A stretch of 64,000 bases of DNA from Spirochaetia bacterium (GTDB taxonomy: Bacteria > Spirochaetota > Spirochaetia > SZUA-6 > Bin103), in NCBI GenBank assembly GCA_965198005.1, contig CBDAOI010000001.1, positions 32,001 through 96,000 on the forward strand, written 5' to 3'. This document shows positions 31,657 through 41,147 of this stretch, in pieces. A program made the position numbers and the translations under genes. The notes below the pieces were generated by a model. The model saw nothing but the letters and a program-made list of their open reading frames with translations. It did no database searches and was not told where the DNA came from. The stretch's first letter is position 1, and each line of letters opens with the position of its first letter.

Positions 31657-31685
31657 GCCTACGCTCCTATGGTAATCGCACAACC

Positions 31686-31795
31686 ATGGGAGCGACGTAC
31701 GTAGACGTGACGATCCGCAATCCCGCCGCACCGGCGAAGAGCTGGACCGGACGGTTCCTGGTGGATACGGGCGCCTTCAACTCGCTGGCGCCGCG
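31686..31795 (+). pseudogene. Clan AA aspartic protease N-terminal fragment
   Basis: MGATYVDVTIRNP…FLVDTGA. Confidence 0.7.
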
Positions 31796-31824
31796 CCGGC
31801 TGCGCCGGCACGGCACCACGGCAC

Positions 31825-32016
31825 CGCGAGCGGTTGACATGCTTGCCGCGCGTGCGAGCGTGCAGCGTTCGGGGATCGACGGATGGGAATGAGGCAGTAC
31901 GGCCACTCCGTGACACGTAAGACCATGACAAGCGATGCGCAGCTATCGCCCCCTGGTCAGCTTTTTCCGACTGGGCGCCACAGCCAGCGCAGTGACCGGT
32001 TGGCGGTGACGCAACC
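31825..32016 (+). promoter_or_regulatory. Cassette promoter block
   Basis: GAGCGGTTGACA, tcgacggatg and cagcgcagtgaccggttggcggtg, all shared with 11228-11345. Confidence 0.5.
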
Positions 32017-32476
32017 GGTGCGTGTGCGCCAGGCTAACTGGCATATGACAAAGGGTGGAAGTCCCTGGGGTCCCCGACCCCCTGCATCGCCGCTTCAAGC
32101 TGCTGTGTGCCACCCGCGGTCTGTGGATGTGCGCGGAGGTCATTCGCCCGATCGAGCGGGAACTCGCCATGGTCGACGATCTCGAGGCCGCTCTGCGTGC
32201 GGTGCTCGGCCAAGCGTCGGCGCCGCCTCGAGAGGACCTCGGCAGTTGGGCCGGCTGGGCCGATTCGTGGTTGACGTTCACGGGGGCGGAGGTTATGATA
32301 GGGTGGATGCAGTCAATCGCGACATCGCGACTACATCTGGGTATGGCTGTGCCTCACCTGCGGAGGGCTTGAGTGACCTATAACACGTCAACGCTTATGA
32401 CACTCTGTTCCCCTGACAGCCGCTCGCCGAGAATTGCTGAAAATCAGCTCGCGGCGGGCTTGCTTAATGGTGAGGA

Positions 32477-32650
32477 GCCCCCCCCCCCCCACACACACAC
32501 ACACTTTTCGCAACCGAGAAACAACTAACCGCTCCGGCTGATCGCGCCCCCGCGCACGCCATCGCCTTCAGCACCGGGGTAGCGGCCGGCTACCACCGCA
32601 ACGGTCCTGGATCCCCGCCCCCCAACTCACCGTCACAGAACCGACCGCCG
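32477..32650. repeat. Poly-C tract + about 150-bp block shared with 45012-45178
   Basis: aaccgagaaacaactaaccgctcc…caccgtcacagaaccgaccgccg present in both. Confidence 0.85.
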
Positions 32651-32669
32651 GCGTGCGCGGGAGTTCATG

Positions 32670-32966
32670 GGCACCTGCAACCGCGCACGCATCGTCTGCC
32701 TGAGCACCGTGAACCGTCCGTTACTCCCCTTCGTCCCGCAGATGTGCGTGAACCCGAGGAAGTCGAAGGTCTCGGGCTTGCCCTGACCTCAGCACCCCGA
32801 AGTAATTGCCTTTCGCGGCTCGATACCCGGCCCCCACGTACCCCTGTCAACGCTTCACCCCCGCTCTTGCGAGCGACGGCGCATGACTCGGGGCCGTCGT
32901 GGGTCGCTGGCCCTTCGACGTGTGACTCTTTCATTCACAACAACCTTGCCGGTTTTGCCGGCGCAC
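32670..32966 (-). mobile_element. Group II intron remnant: 5' end fused to a late RT fragment
   Basis: Begins GTGCGCC at 32966; GKPETFDFLGFTHICG…FTVLRQT at about 32690-32785. Confidence 0.8.
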
Positions 32967-33133
32967 AGGAGGTGCAAAATGATACTCAAAGAACCGCACG
33001 CGCGCGCGGCGTGAGCCCGGGTGAACCCGCTGAGTCACACGCCGCGCGCTTGAGGAATTTGACTCAGACTGGCCGTCCGCGTTGCGGGCCCGAGAGTAGC
33101 CAGGGAGCGGCAATCCGCTCCGGAATACTCTCG
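32967..33133 (+). promoter_or_regulatory. Structured SBP leader, copy 3
   Basis: 12-bp stem 33002-33013 / 33038-33049; TGAGTCA…TGACTCA; CGAGAGTA…TACTCTCG. Confidence 0.75.
32979..33014 (+). CDS. Putative leader peptide MILKEPHARAA
   Basis: AGGAGG-tgcaaa-ATG. Confidence 0.6.
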   Translation: MILKEPHARAA

Positions 33134-33157
33134 AAAAATCTACATGCGGAGAAGCGT

Positions 33158-34960
33158 ATGAATATTGCAATTATTAGAATGACCTTCTTGGTTGCGTTGG
33201 TCCTGGTCCTGACCGCAACCGGCCTCTGGGCCGCTGGCGCAGACGAAGAGGGGTCGGCAGCGGCCGCCGACAAGAAGTATGTGACCGACCCCGTCACCGG
33301 CAAGGTGGTAGTGGCGCCAGAGTATGGCGGGACATTAACCTACGGCCGCAGATTTGGGTGGGGGACGAATACTGACCCCTATTTCGGCTGGGTCGACATG
33401 AACATCTCGGGCGTCAATGAGAAGATGGGTATCGGCGACTGGGGACTAAACAGGGACGAATATGACTTCAATTCGGGCCCGCTCCCCGTGTCCGCCGTAA
33501 CAGGGAGGCTGGCTGAAGGCTGGGATATTTCTCCCGACGGCCTCACCTATACCTTCAACATCCGAGAGGGCGTTAACTGGCATGATAAGCCGCCGGTGAA
33601 CGGTCGGGAACTGACTGCCCATGATGTCGAATACAACTATAACCGTATGTTGGGCCTGGGCGACTTCACCGACGCCGGACCTAGCCCCTTTGGTAGCGCC
33701 GCCGCACTCACCTCCATACCATTCGAATCGATAACGGCCACCGACAATCGCACGGTTGTCATGAAGCTGAAGGAGCCACACCTCCCTGCGCTGGGGCTTA
33801 TCCTCACCGACTACTTTGTTTACATAATGCCCCCCGAGGTAATCGAGCAACAAGGCGACATTAGGGATTGGACGGACCTCGTCGGCACCGGACCCTTTAT
33901 GCTGACTGAGTTTGTCGATGAGAGCTATATAACCTGGACCAAGAATCCTGACTACTGGAAGTTCGACGAAAAATACCCGCAGAACCGACTGCCCTACGTT
34001 GACGAGTTAACGTTACTGGTTATTCCAGAGGAAGCAACATTTATGGCGGGACTACGCTCAGGCGCGATTGATATCAGAGGCCCGGCAGGGGGATGGGCTA
34101 CTTCTCTCGACCAGGTAGAGAGCATCCAGCGGACCAACCCCGAAGTAGTGCTGCACACGCAATTTTTCCGCGCGAGTGATGCTTTTGCTACTAACGTGGA
34201 CAAGCCGCCCTTTAGCGACATCCGGGTGCGCAAGGCAATGCAGATGGCACTGGACCTCGAGACCATTAACAATACCTTCTATAAGGGTTATGCAGAGACG
34301 ACACCTCAAGGTCTGGTAGGGGTGAAAGGGTATTTCATCCCATTTGAAGAGTGGCCCGAAGAGGTCAAGAAGGGCTATATGTATGACCCGGAAGCTGCCG
34401 AGAAGCTCCTTGATGAGGCTGGATATCCGCGCGGCGCGGATGGCATTAGATTCAAGACCTCCCACATGATACACCCGGCAGGCAACAGCTTGGACTTTAC
34501 AGAAATAGTTGCCTCCTACTGGGCTGAGATTGGCGTCGATGTTGAGATTGATGTAGCCATCAGCGCCGAATGGACCGAGAGGCTGCGTACTTATGAAGGC
34601 ATCGTCAGCGGCATTTCTGGCACCATTTATGCCCCTCTCATGGTCGTAGGCTGGTATCACTCGGACACCCACAACATGAACCGCGCCCGATCCCAGTGGC
34701 CTGAGTTGGACGCCATGGTTGAAGCCGCCCAAGCGGCGACGACCATTGAAGATATGCAGCGGCTGATTGCAGAGGCAGATATGTACGCGATGGAGAATCA
34801 CTGGCTGGGATGGACTCCCAAACTTCCAGTATGGTGGTTGCTCCAGCCGTGGGTCATAGGCTATAGCGGTGAAGCAATGTACCTGGCACCTAACGAGGCG
34901 AATGACATCCTCGCCCGCCTCTGGATTGATAATGACCTGAAGGAAGCAATGGGGCATTAG
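33158..34960 (+). CDS. ABC substrate-binding protein, family 5
   Basis: Signal peptide, APEYGG, WHDKPPVNGRELTAHDV, VGTGPF, NRLPYVD, DIRVRKAM, LLDEAGYPRG. Confidence 0.93.
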   Translation: MNIAIIRMTFLVALVLVLTATGLWAAGADEEGSAAAADKKYVTDPVTGKVVVAPEYGGTLTYGRRFGWGTNTDPYFGWVDMNISGVNEKMGIGDWGLNRDEYDFNSGPLPVSAVTGRLAEGWDISPDGLTYTFNIREGVNWHDKPPVNGRELTAHDVEYNYNRMLGLGDFTDAGPSPFGSAAALTSIPFESITATDNRTVVMKLKEPHLPALGLILTDYFVYIMPPEVIEQQGDIRDWTDLVGTGPFMLTEFVDESYITWTKNPDYWKFDEKYPQNRLPYVDELTLLVIPEEATFMAGLRSGAIDIRGPAGGWATSLDQVESIQRTNPEVVLHTQFFRASDAFATNVDKPPFSDIRVRKAMQMALDLETINNTFYKGYAETTPQGLVGVKGYFIPFEEWPEEVKKGYMYDPEAAEKLLDEAGYPRGADGIRFKTSHMIHPAGNSLDFTEIVASYWAEIGVDVEIDVAISAEWTERLRTYEGIVSGISGTIYAPLMVVGWYHSDTHNMNRARSQWPELDAMVEAAQAATTIEDMQRLIAEADMYAMENHWLGWTPKLPVWWLLQPWVIGYSGEAMYLAPNEANDILARLWIDNDLKEAMGH

Positions 34961-34992
34961 GAGTTTCACAGCTTTTGCTGAGTTCAGGGAAG

Positions 34993-35030
34993 AAGGGAGC
35001 TGGGGGGCTTGAGTCTCCCGGCTCCCTTAC
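34993..35030 (+). terminator. SBP-dppB intercistronic hairpin (homologs at about 11635-11695 and 47580-47620)
   Basis: aagggagctggggg…ctcccggctccctt. Confidence 0.6.
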
Positions 35031-35062
35031 TTATGGGGGAATAAACGCGATGAGGTGGTGAC

Positions 35063-36064
35063 ATGAGAACCTATATTGTCAGGCGGTTATTGCTGATGAT
35101 CCCCACCTTGTTTGTATTGACCATCCTGGTGTTTCTCTCGGTGCGTTTCATCCCCGGCGACGTAATAGACGTAATGTTGGGTAAGGATGAATTCATCGGT
35201 CGTGAAATAGACCGTGAAGCTCTTGAGCATATGCTGGGATTGGACGTGCCTGTGCACGTGCAGTATGGACGCTGGATAGGAGTGTTGCCGACCCCTGACT
35301 GGCTTACCGGTGAGTCCCACTTTACAGGTCTCCTCGAGGGCAACCTCGGCCACTCACTGATTAGCGGCCAGGGGCCGGTCAAGGAGAAGATACTAGCTAG
35401 ACTGCCAGTCACCATTGAGCTCGGTGTCATGGCAATCGTAATCGGGCTCTTGATAGCGCTGCCCGTCGGCATCTACTCGGCGATTCGCCAGGATACCCCC
35501 GCCGACTACCTGGGGCGCTCCATCGCCATCCTCGGTCTGGCAACGCCTAACTTTTGGTTGGGTATTATGGTCATGATCTACCCGGTAATCTGGTGGGGCT
35601 GGTCGCCACCGATGAAGCTTATTCCTTTCACGGAAGACCCGCTGGCGAATCTCGGGATTCTCATCATTCCCAGCGTGATTCTGGGGACCTACCTTGCTGC
35701 AGCCACCATGCGGATGACGCGCACGATGATGCTGGAGGTGCTCAGGCAGGACTATATCAGGACGGCCTGGTCCAAGGGTCTCAATGAGAGGATAGTCGTT
35801 CTGAGACACGCCGTCAAGAATGCACTCATCCCGGTAGTTACTTTGATAGGCATGCAGTTGCCTATCCTGGTAGGTGGCTCCGTTATCATGGAGAACATAT
35901 TTAACCTGCCAGGGCTAGGTCGTCTCATGGTGACTGCACTGGAAGCCAGAGACTACCCGGTGATCTCCGGAGTAAACCTGGTTTTCGGCACCGCGGTTTT
36001 GGGAACAAATCTAATGATCGACATGATCTATCCTTATTTGGACCCCAGGGTCCGTTATAGGTAA
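35063..36064 (+). CDS. ABC permease, DppB-like
   Basis: Same motifs as 7495-8454. Confidence 0.93.
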   Translation: MRTYIVRRLLLMIPTLFVLTILVFLSVRFIPGDVIDVMLGKDEFIGREIDREALEHMLGLDVPVHVQYGRWIGVLPTPDWLTGESHFTGLLEGNLGHSLISGQGPVKEKILARLPVTIELGVMAIVIGLLIALPVGIYSAIRQDTPADYLGRSIAILGLATPNFWLGIMVMIYPVIWWGWSPPMKLIPFTEDPLANLGILIIPSVILGTYLAAATMRMTRTMMLEVLRQDYIRTAWSKGLNERIVVLRHAVKNALIPVVTLIGMQLPILVGGSVIMENIFNLPGLGRLMVTALEARDYPVISGVNLVFGTAVLGTNLMIDMIYPYLDPRVRYR

Positions 36065-36084
36065 AGGGGGGGGGAACCAGGAAT

Positions 36085-37017
36085 ATGAACGACTCCATAG
36101 GGATACCATCAGTAGAAATTGCGCCAAAGAGACGCTCACGGCTGGCTGATTCCTTTATCGGGCTGGTCAAGAAGAAGCCACTGGGTACTGCCGGCGGGAT
36201 TATCATATTGATATTCATTTTCGTCGCCATCTTTGCCGATGTTCTGGCTCCTTATCCATATAGTGAAATACACCTGACAGACAGGTTTCAGGGCGCATCA
36301 GCCCGGTATCTGCTGGGTACCGACCAGTTGGGGCGAGACTTCCTGAGCCGCCTTATCTACGGGGCTCGTCTTTCGTTAAGTGTCGGTATGGCCGCTACCA
36401 CTCTGCACGTTGTGGTGGCTGTCCTGATAGGCGGCATTTCAGGATTCTTTGGTGGTAAACTGGACTTGGGTGTGCAGAGATTTGTCGATGCCTGGATGGC
36501 TTTCCCGGGACTGCTCCTGTTGTTAACCATAATGTCCATAGCGGGACGGGGTCTGTTACAGATAATACTGGTGCTGGGGATAGCAGGGGGCATCGGCGGC
36601 TCAAGAGTAGTCAGAGGCGCCGTGATCGATGTGAAGGAGAACGCGTATTTCCAGGCAGTGGAAGTGATTGGCGCCTCGAAGTGGAGAATCTTCATCCGGC
36701 ATGTCCTGCCCAATATCATGGCTCCCGTTATTATCATATTCAGCATCACCGTCGGGGGGGTGATTATGTCTGAGGCCTCTCTGAGCTTCCTCGGATTCGG
36801 TCTGCCACCCAAGGTTCCTAGCTGGGGAGGTCTGCTCAGCCGGGAAGGACGTCAGTACATGGAGATGGCCCCATGGCTGGCTCTCTGGCCTGGTCTTTGC
36901 CTGACCATCACCGTCTTCAGTCTAAACATGTTCGGCGACGCCATGAGGGACCTGCTCGACCCGCGGCTCATCGGTGGTGCGGGGCGTCCGGGTGCGCAAG
37001 AGGCCAGATCGGTCTAG
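36085..37017 (+). CDS. ABC permease, DppC-like
   Basis: LGTDQLGRD…SFLGFGLP…NMFGDAMRDLLDPRL. Confidence 0.93.
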   Translation: MNDSIGIPSVEIAPKRRSRLADSFIGLVKKKPLGTAGGIIILIFIFVAIFADVLAPYPYSEIHLTDRFQGASARYLLGTDQLGRDFLSRLIYGARLSLSVGMAATTLHVVVAVLIGGISGFFGGKLDLGVQRFVDAWMAFPGLLLLLTIMSIAGRGLLQIILVLGIAGGIGGSRVVRGAVIDVKENAYFQAVEVIGASKWRIFIRHVLPNIMAPVIIIFSITVGGVIMSEASLSFLGFGLPPKVPSWGGLLSREGRQYMEMAPWLALWPGLCLTITVFSLNMFGDAMRDLLDPRLIGGAGRPGAQEARSV

Positions 37018-37351
37018 GCGAGTTGACGTACCGCATGCGGCTCCCAGTCGGGATCCGCGCCTGCGGCGGCGCAGGTGGCCACGCGCGTACGCCTGGGAAC
37101 GCGGCTACCCTACTCACCGATGTGCGACCGCCACCCACGCGGGTTCACGCCGGATGCACGGTGACCTCCCGTGGCGCCATCCCTGGCGCCCGGAACGCGC
37201 CCGAGGTCGACGAGCGCCGGGCTGGGTATGGGCGTGACCTGGCCGGTCAGCTCAAGGCGGCGCCTGGCATCGTAGTGTCTGCGCATCATCGGCCCCCCCC
37301 ACGATGCACGGTTGGTGCGTGCACACAACGAACCACGTGAGGAGGGTCAGA

Positions 37352-37547
37352 ATGGCCAGGAGGACATCGACGATGGAACTACAGGATATCGTCCGACGAC
37401 TGAGAATGGGGCAGTCGATCAAGGCGATCAAGCGTGAGACCGGCAAGCACCGGCGCGTGATCCGCAGGCTGCTGCTGCTCGCCGAGCAGGAGGGGTGGCT
37501 GGATGAGCAGCATGAGGTGCCGTCCGAGCAGCAACTCCAGGAGGTCG
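37352..37547 (+). mobile_element. istA: IS21-family istA N-terminal HTH fragment
   Basis: DIVRRLRMGQSIKAIKRETGKHR…GWL…PSEQQLQEV overlaps the start of the 18725 fragment (PSEHQLQEV). Confidence 0.75.
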
Positions 37548-37639
37548 CGTTGCTGATCGGCGGCACCACCCGCTATCGCCCGATCAGCCACGGGAGAGTT
37601 CGCTCTATCGTGCAAGGATCGCCTCGAGGTTGGCGTGGT

Positions 37640-38090
37640 CCACGAGCATGGTACGCTGGATCGTCGCCCCGGCGGGGGGTCGGGTGTCAATCTCGACCTT
37701 GATCGAGAGCTTCTGCTGCTGATGACCGGACAGACCGGCGTCCGCCAGGAGAGAGGCGGTGCGAATCCAGGCGACGTGCACCGGCGTGCGGTCGATCCAT
37801 CGAATCGTACTGTCGAATCCGGCGAGATGGAGGTCTCGCTTGAGCTTGCGCAGCCAGCCTACCGGATCGTACGCCGCGGGGGAGCGTTGCGAAAAATCGA
37901 GGTCCTCCGAGAAGCGCGGCAGGTCCTCAAGAAAGCGCAGCGCCGTCCCGCCGACAAACGCCAGCGCGCGCGCAGCTTCGCTCTCGTGCAGCGACCGCAT
38001 GATGAACGCCTGGAGGTACTCGCGCAGAGCGTTGAGCCTGCGTACCGGATCATCGTAACCCCGCGCAATTGCGAGCGCGCGCTCTTTCAC
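37640..38090 (-). pseudogene. AbiEii nucleotidyltransferase toxin, C-terminally truncated
   Basis: LREYLQ…FVGGTALRFL..LPRFSEDLDFS…IKVEIDTRPP. Confidence 0.85.
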
Positions 38091-38728
38091 AGTTCCACAC
38101 CCGCCGGTTCCTGCGCAGCACAACACTCCCGCCACGCCTCGACGGCGCGCATGATCCTGGGTCTGGCCACCCGTTGCGTGTAGGCGTGCAAGCGATCGGA
38201 GTCGACCACCGCGCTCTGCTGAAACCGCATCTCCATCATCCTTGGGCGATCCCACTCTCCGGGGGTCAGGTGAAACAGGTCGAGGAGCGCTTTCTCCGGT
38301 GTGGCGATGAACACCTCGGCGCCGGCGATCGTCACCGCGTGGTAGCCAAAGAACAAAGTTCGCTTGAGGTTGGTGTAATGGAACGCCCCGAAGGGATTCT
38401 CGAACCGCCGCGGGGCGCGGGTGGTTACGCTGGTGTATTCCGCCACGGCTTCCGGAATCAATCCGTAGAACCCGAGCGCCCAGAGTCCGCTCAGATAGGA
38501 GGGGGAATACAGCGCGTTGGCCAGGGTGGCCGACGACACGGGCACGCGCCGATAGCGCTCGGCGAGGGTGTACATGCCACGGCGCAGCGGCACCAGCTTG
38601 CCCGCCCGGCTCCACCGGTGGAGCTGACTGACGAGGCTGGGATGAGACTCCTCCGTAAGTTGCACGACCGTGGCCAGATCGAAGTAGGGCATCTTGCCAA
38701 GGATATCGACGGCAGCGTCAAGGCGCAT
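38087..38728 (-). CDS. AbiEi-type antitoxin (type IV TA)
   Basis: LRRGMY…LYSPSYLS…AL.FYGLIPE…TSVT…IATPEKALLD. Confidence 0.88.
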   Translation of the reverse strand: MRLDAAVDILGKMPYFDLATVVQLTEESHPSLVSQLHRWSRAGKLVPLRRGMYTLAERYRRVPVSSATLANALYSPSYLSGLWALGFYGLIPEAVAEYTSVTTRAPRRFENPFGAFHYTNLKRTLFFGYHAVTIAGAEVFIATPEKALLDLFHLTPGEWDRPRMMEMRFQQSAVVDSDRLHAYTQRVARPRIMRAVEAWRECCAAQEPAGVEL

Positions 38729-38742
38729 AGTCTTATTGATGA

Positions 38743-38764
38743 TAATAGACATCAATGTCTATTA
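38743..38764. promoter_or_regulatory. Perfect inverted repeat, probable AbiEi operator
   Basis: TAATAGACAT-CA-ATGTCTATTA immediately upstream of abiEi. Confidence 0.7.
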
Positions 38765-38789
38765 AGTCAATCGAAGGTCTCGCGAGCTG

Positions 38790-39157
38790 CGCGAGTCGGC
38801 CGTGCCGGCCATACCGAGCGACCCCGGTACGGCGAGTCAACATCGACAAGCCGGACGGGGGCACACGACCGCTGGGGGTGGCCGCGCTGGAGGACAAGAT
38901 CGTCCAGAAGGCCGTCGTGGACGTGATCCTGACTCCGATCTATGAGGAGGAATTTCTCGGGATCAGCTATGGGTTTCGACCGGGGCGCGGGGCACACGAT
39001 GCGTTGGACGCACTGGCCTACGCCATCGAACGGCGCGAAGTGAACTGGATATTGGACGCGGACATCCGCGCCTACTTCGACTCGATCTCGCGGGACTGGT
39101 TGATCAGATTCCTGGAGCATCGGATTGGAGACCGGCGCGTGTTGCGGCTGATCGTCA
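38790..39157 (+). mobile_element. Group II intron reverse transcriptase internal fragment
   Basis: YR..PVRRV.I.KPDGGTRPLGV..LEDKIVQ…SYGFRPGRGAHDAL…LDADI..YFDSI…HRIGD.RVLRLI; no YADD. Confidence 0.88.
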
Positions 39158-39278
39158 TGCTCGCCTTTGAAGGAGCCCTTGCGGAGGTTCGGCGGCCGCT
39201 GCGCTGCCAGGATGTCGAGCTTGTTGGCTGGATCGACCCGCAGGTACAGTTCGGTCGATCCGCGACGGACAGTCGCGG

Positions 39279-39390
39279 TCAGAGGCGGCCGACGCTGCCG
39301 CGCAGCCGGGGGTCGAGCAGGTCGCGCAGCGCGTCGCCGAACATGTTGATGCTGTAGACCACAATGGTCAGGCACAGGCCCGGCCAGATC
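39279..39390 (-). pseudogene. dppC 3' fragment (inverted)
   Basis: IWPGLCLTIVVYSINMFGDALRDLLDPRLRG. Confidence 0.85.
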
Positions 39391-39637
39391 GTCAACGGCG
39401 GCGACCATGCCGCGCTGGGGCGGCACGCGGAGGCGCAAGGTCCGCGCTGCCCGGCGGGCCAGGAAGTCCGCAACCATCGAGAGCTGCTCAATCGCGATCA
39501 GCTTCTCGCGCAACGGGAGCGCGCGGTCACCACGACCACTGTAGCATGCTGCGCGGTTGCGGTCGCCGCCGCTGGATCTGCTCCGGGGGCTGGCGGCATA
39601 GTTGACTTTTTGCATTTCCATTGCATAATCACCAGCA

Positions 39638-40861
39638 ATGAGCCTGCCCTACATCAACCGCTCGCTGGAACCGGTGCTCGAGCAGGCGGCCGCGGAGTTT
39701 CCCGCCGTCGTCCTGACCGGGCCGCGCCAGTCCGGCAAGACAACCCTGCTGCACCATCTGTTCGGGGAACGGTACCGCTACGTGTCTCTGGAGCCGCCAG
39801 ATGTTCGGACAGCCGCCGCGAATGACCCGCGCGGGTTCCTGGAACGGTATTCGGCGCCAGTCATCTTCGACGAGGTGCAGTATGCGCCCGACCTGCTGCC
39901 CTACGTCAAGGAGAAGATCGACGCCAGCCGCGCCACGGGCGGTCAATACCTGCTGACCGGCTCACAGAACCTGCTGCTGGCCGAGAAGGTAACCGAGTCG
40001 CTGGCGGGCCGCGCCGCCATGCTCCGCCTGTTGCCGTTGTCGAGGCGGGAGGCCGAGGGACGGCCGCGGCGACCCCTGGCTTGGGAACGCAAGCCGTCCC
40101 CGTCGGCGACAACGGCCGGCGGGTTCGGCGAACTGTGGCAGGGTTTTCTGCGCGGCGGGTACCCGGAACTCGCGATCCAACCCGATCGGGATCTCTCCCT
40201 GTGGCATGCCAGCTACATCCAGACCTATCTCGAGCGCGACCTGCGCACCCTGCGGCAGGTCGGCGACCTGACCCAGTATCAGAATTTCCTGCGGCTGCTG
40301 GCGGCGCGCAGTGCTCAGTTGCTGAGCCTGACCGACGTGGCACGCGACCTCGGAGTTGCCGTCAATACGATCAAGGCGTGGCTCGCCGTGCTCGAGGCCA
40401 CCTACCAGGTGATCGTGCTGCGCCCCTACTTCGCCAACGTCGGCAAGCGGCTGGTCAAGACCCCGAAGGTGTATTTCTCCGATGTCGGCACGCTCTGCTA
40501 TCTCGCGGGCCTCAAGGACCCCGAGCATGCCGCCTCCGGCCCGATGGGCGGAGCGATCATGGAGACGGCGGTGTTGTCCGAAATCGTGCGCACGCTGACG
40601 CATCGGGGCATCGACCCCCAGGTCTTCTTCTGGCGGACCGTGGCGGGCACGGAAGTGGACTTTGTGGTCGAGGTCGGCGGCCGGCTCGTCCCCATCGAGG
40701 TAAAGCTGTCCGCGACGCCGCGCCCGGCCATGGCCGCCGCCATCAAGACATTCCACGGCGACATGCCCAGCGCGGCACTGCCTGGATATGTGGTTCATCC
40801 GGGCGACATCCACCTGCCCCTCGGCGCGGGCGTGACTGCGTTGCCGTTCGTCGACCTGTAG
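39638..40861 (+). CDS. AAA_14 + DUF4143-type ATP-binding protein
   Basis: LTGPRQSGKTT, IFDEVQ, LTGSQ, ESLAGR, GGYPE, YLERD, KRLVKTPKVYFSDVG, EVDF…PIEVK. Confidence 0.9.
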   Translation: MSLPYINRSLEPVLEQAAAEFPAVVLTGPRQSGKTTLLHHLFGERYRYVSLEPPDVRTAAANDPRGFLERYSAPVIFDEVQYAPDLLPYVKEKIDASRATGGQYLLTGSQNLLLAEKVTESLAGRAAMLRLLPLSRREAEGRPRRPLAWERKPSPSATTAGGFGELWQGFLRGGYPELAIQPDRDLSLWHASYIQTYLERDLRTLRQVGDLTQYQNFLRLLAARSAQLLSLTDVARDLGVAVNTIKAWLAVLEATYQVIVLRPYFANVGKRLVKTPKVYFSDVGTLCYLAGLKDPEHAASGPMGGAIMETAVLSEIVRTLTHRGIDPQVFFWRTVAGTEVDFVVEVGGRLVPIEVKLSATPRPAMAAAIKTFHGDMPSAALPGYVVHPGDIHLPLGAGVTALPFVDL

Positions 40862-41147
40862 TGCGGGCCGGCAGTAGCCCCTCAGTGATCACTTGAGATT
40901 CTGCACCCTGCATGCCGTTAACGTAGCCATGATGAAACAGGTCGATGAGCGCGGCGCTGGAGTACTGGGGAGTTCTCATTGTGGCACCATTACGAATGAC
41001 ATAATCGCAATAGTGCCACAAGGGCCGGTAGCATTCAACAGAAACGCCACAACAAGCCGTCCTACCGCGTCCATACCGCCACCCAGCGTACCGATAACGG
41101 CTTGATTACGTCTATCTACGTGGATTTATATTTGCGCCGGCCCTTAG

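Noticed and set aside
32790-32934. ORF MKESHVEGPATHDGPESC as a protein
   Set aside because: It lies within the group II intron 5' RNA region and is probably non-coding.
32744-33157. N-terminal extensions of the SBP ORFs (also 50965, 57127) and of DppC (7752)
   Set aside because: They run through leaders or upstream genes. Signal peptides and RBSs place the starts at 33158, 51076, 57238 and 8478.
36066-36074. Poly-G upstream of dppC as a phase-variation switch
   Set aside because: It is intergenic, plausibly just an SD variant, and there is no evidence of length variation.
38755-39357. RT as a DGR or retron driving SBP variation
   Set aside because: The motifs are group II intron type and the fragment lacks YADD. 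SBP differences are not adenine-restricted, and no TR/VR pair was seen.
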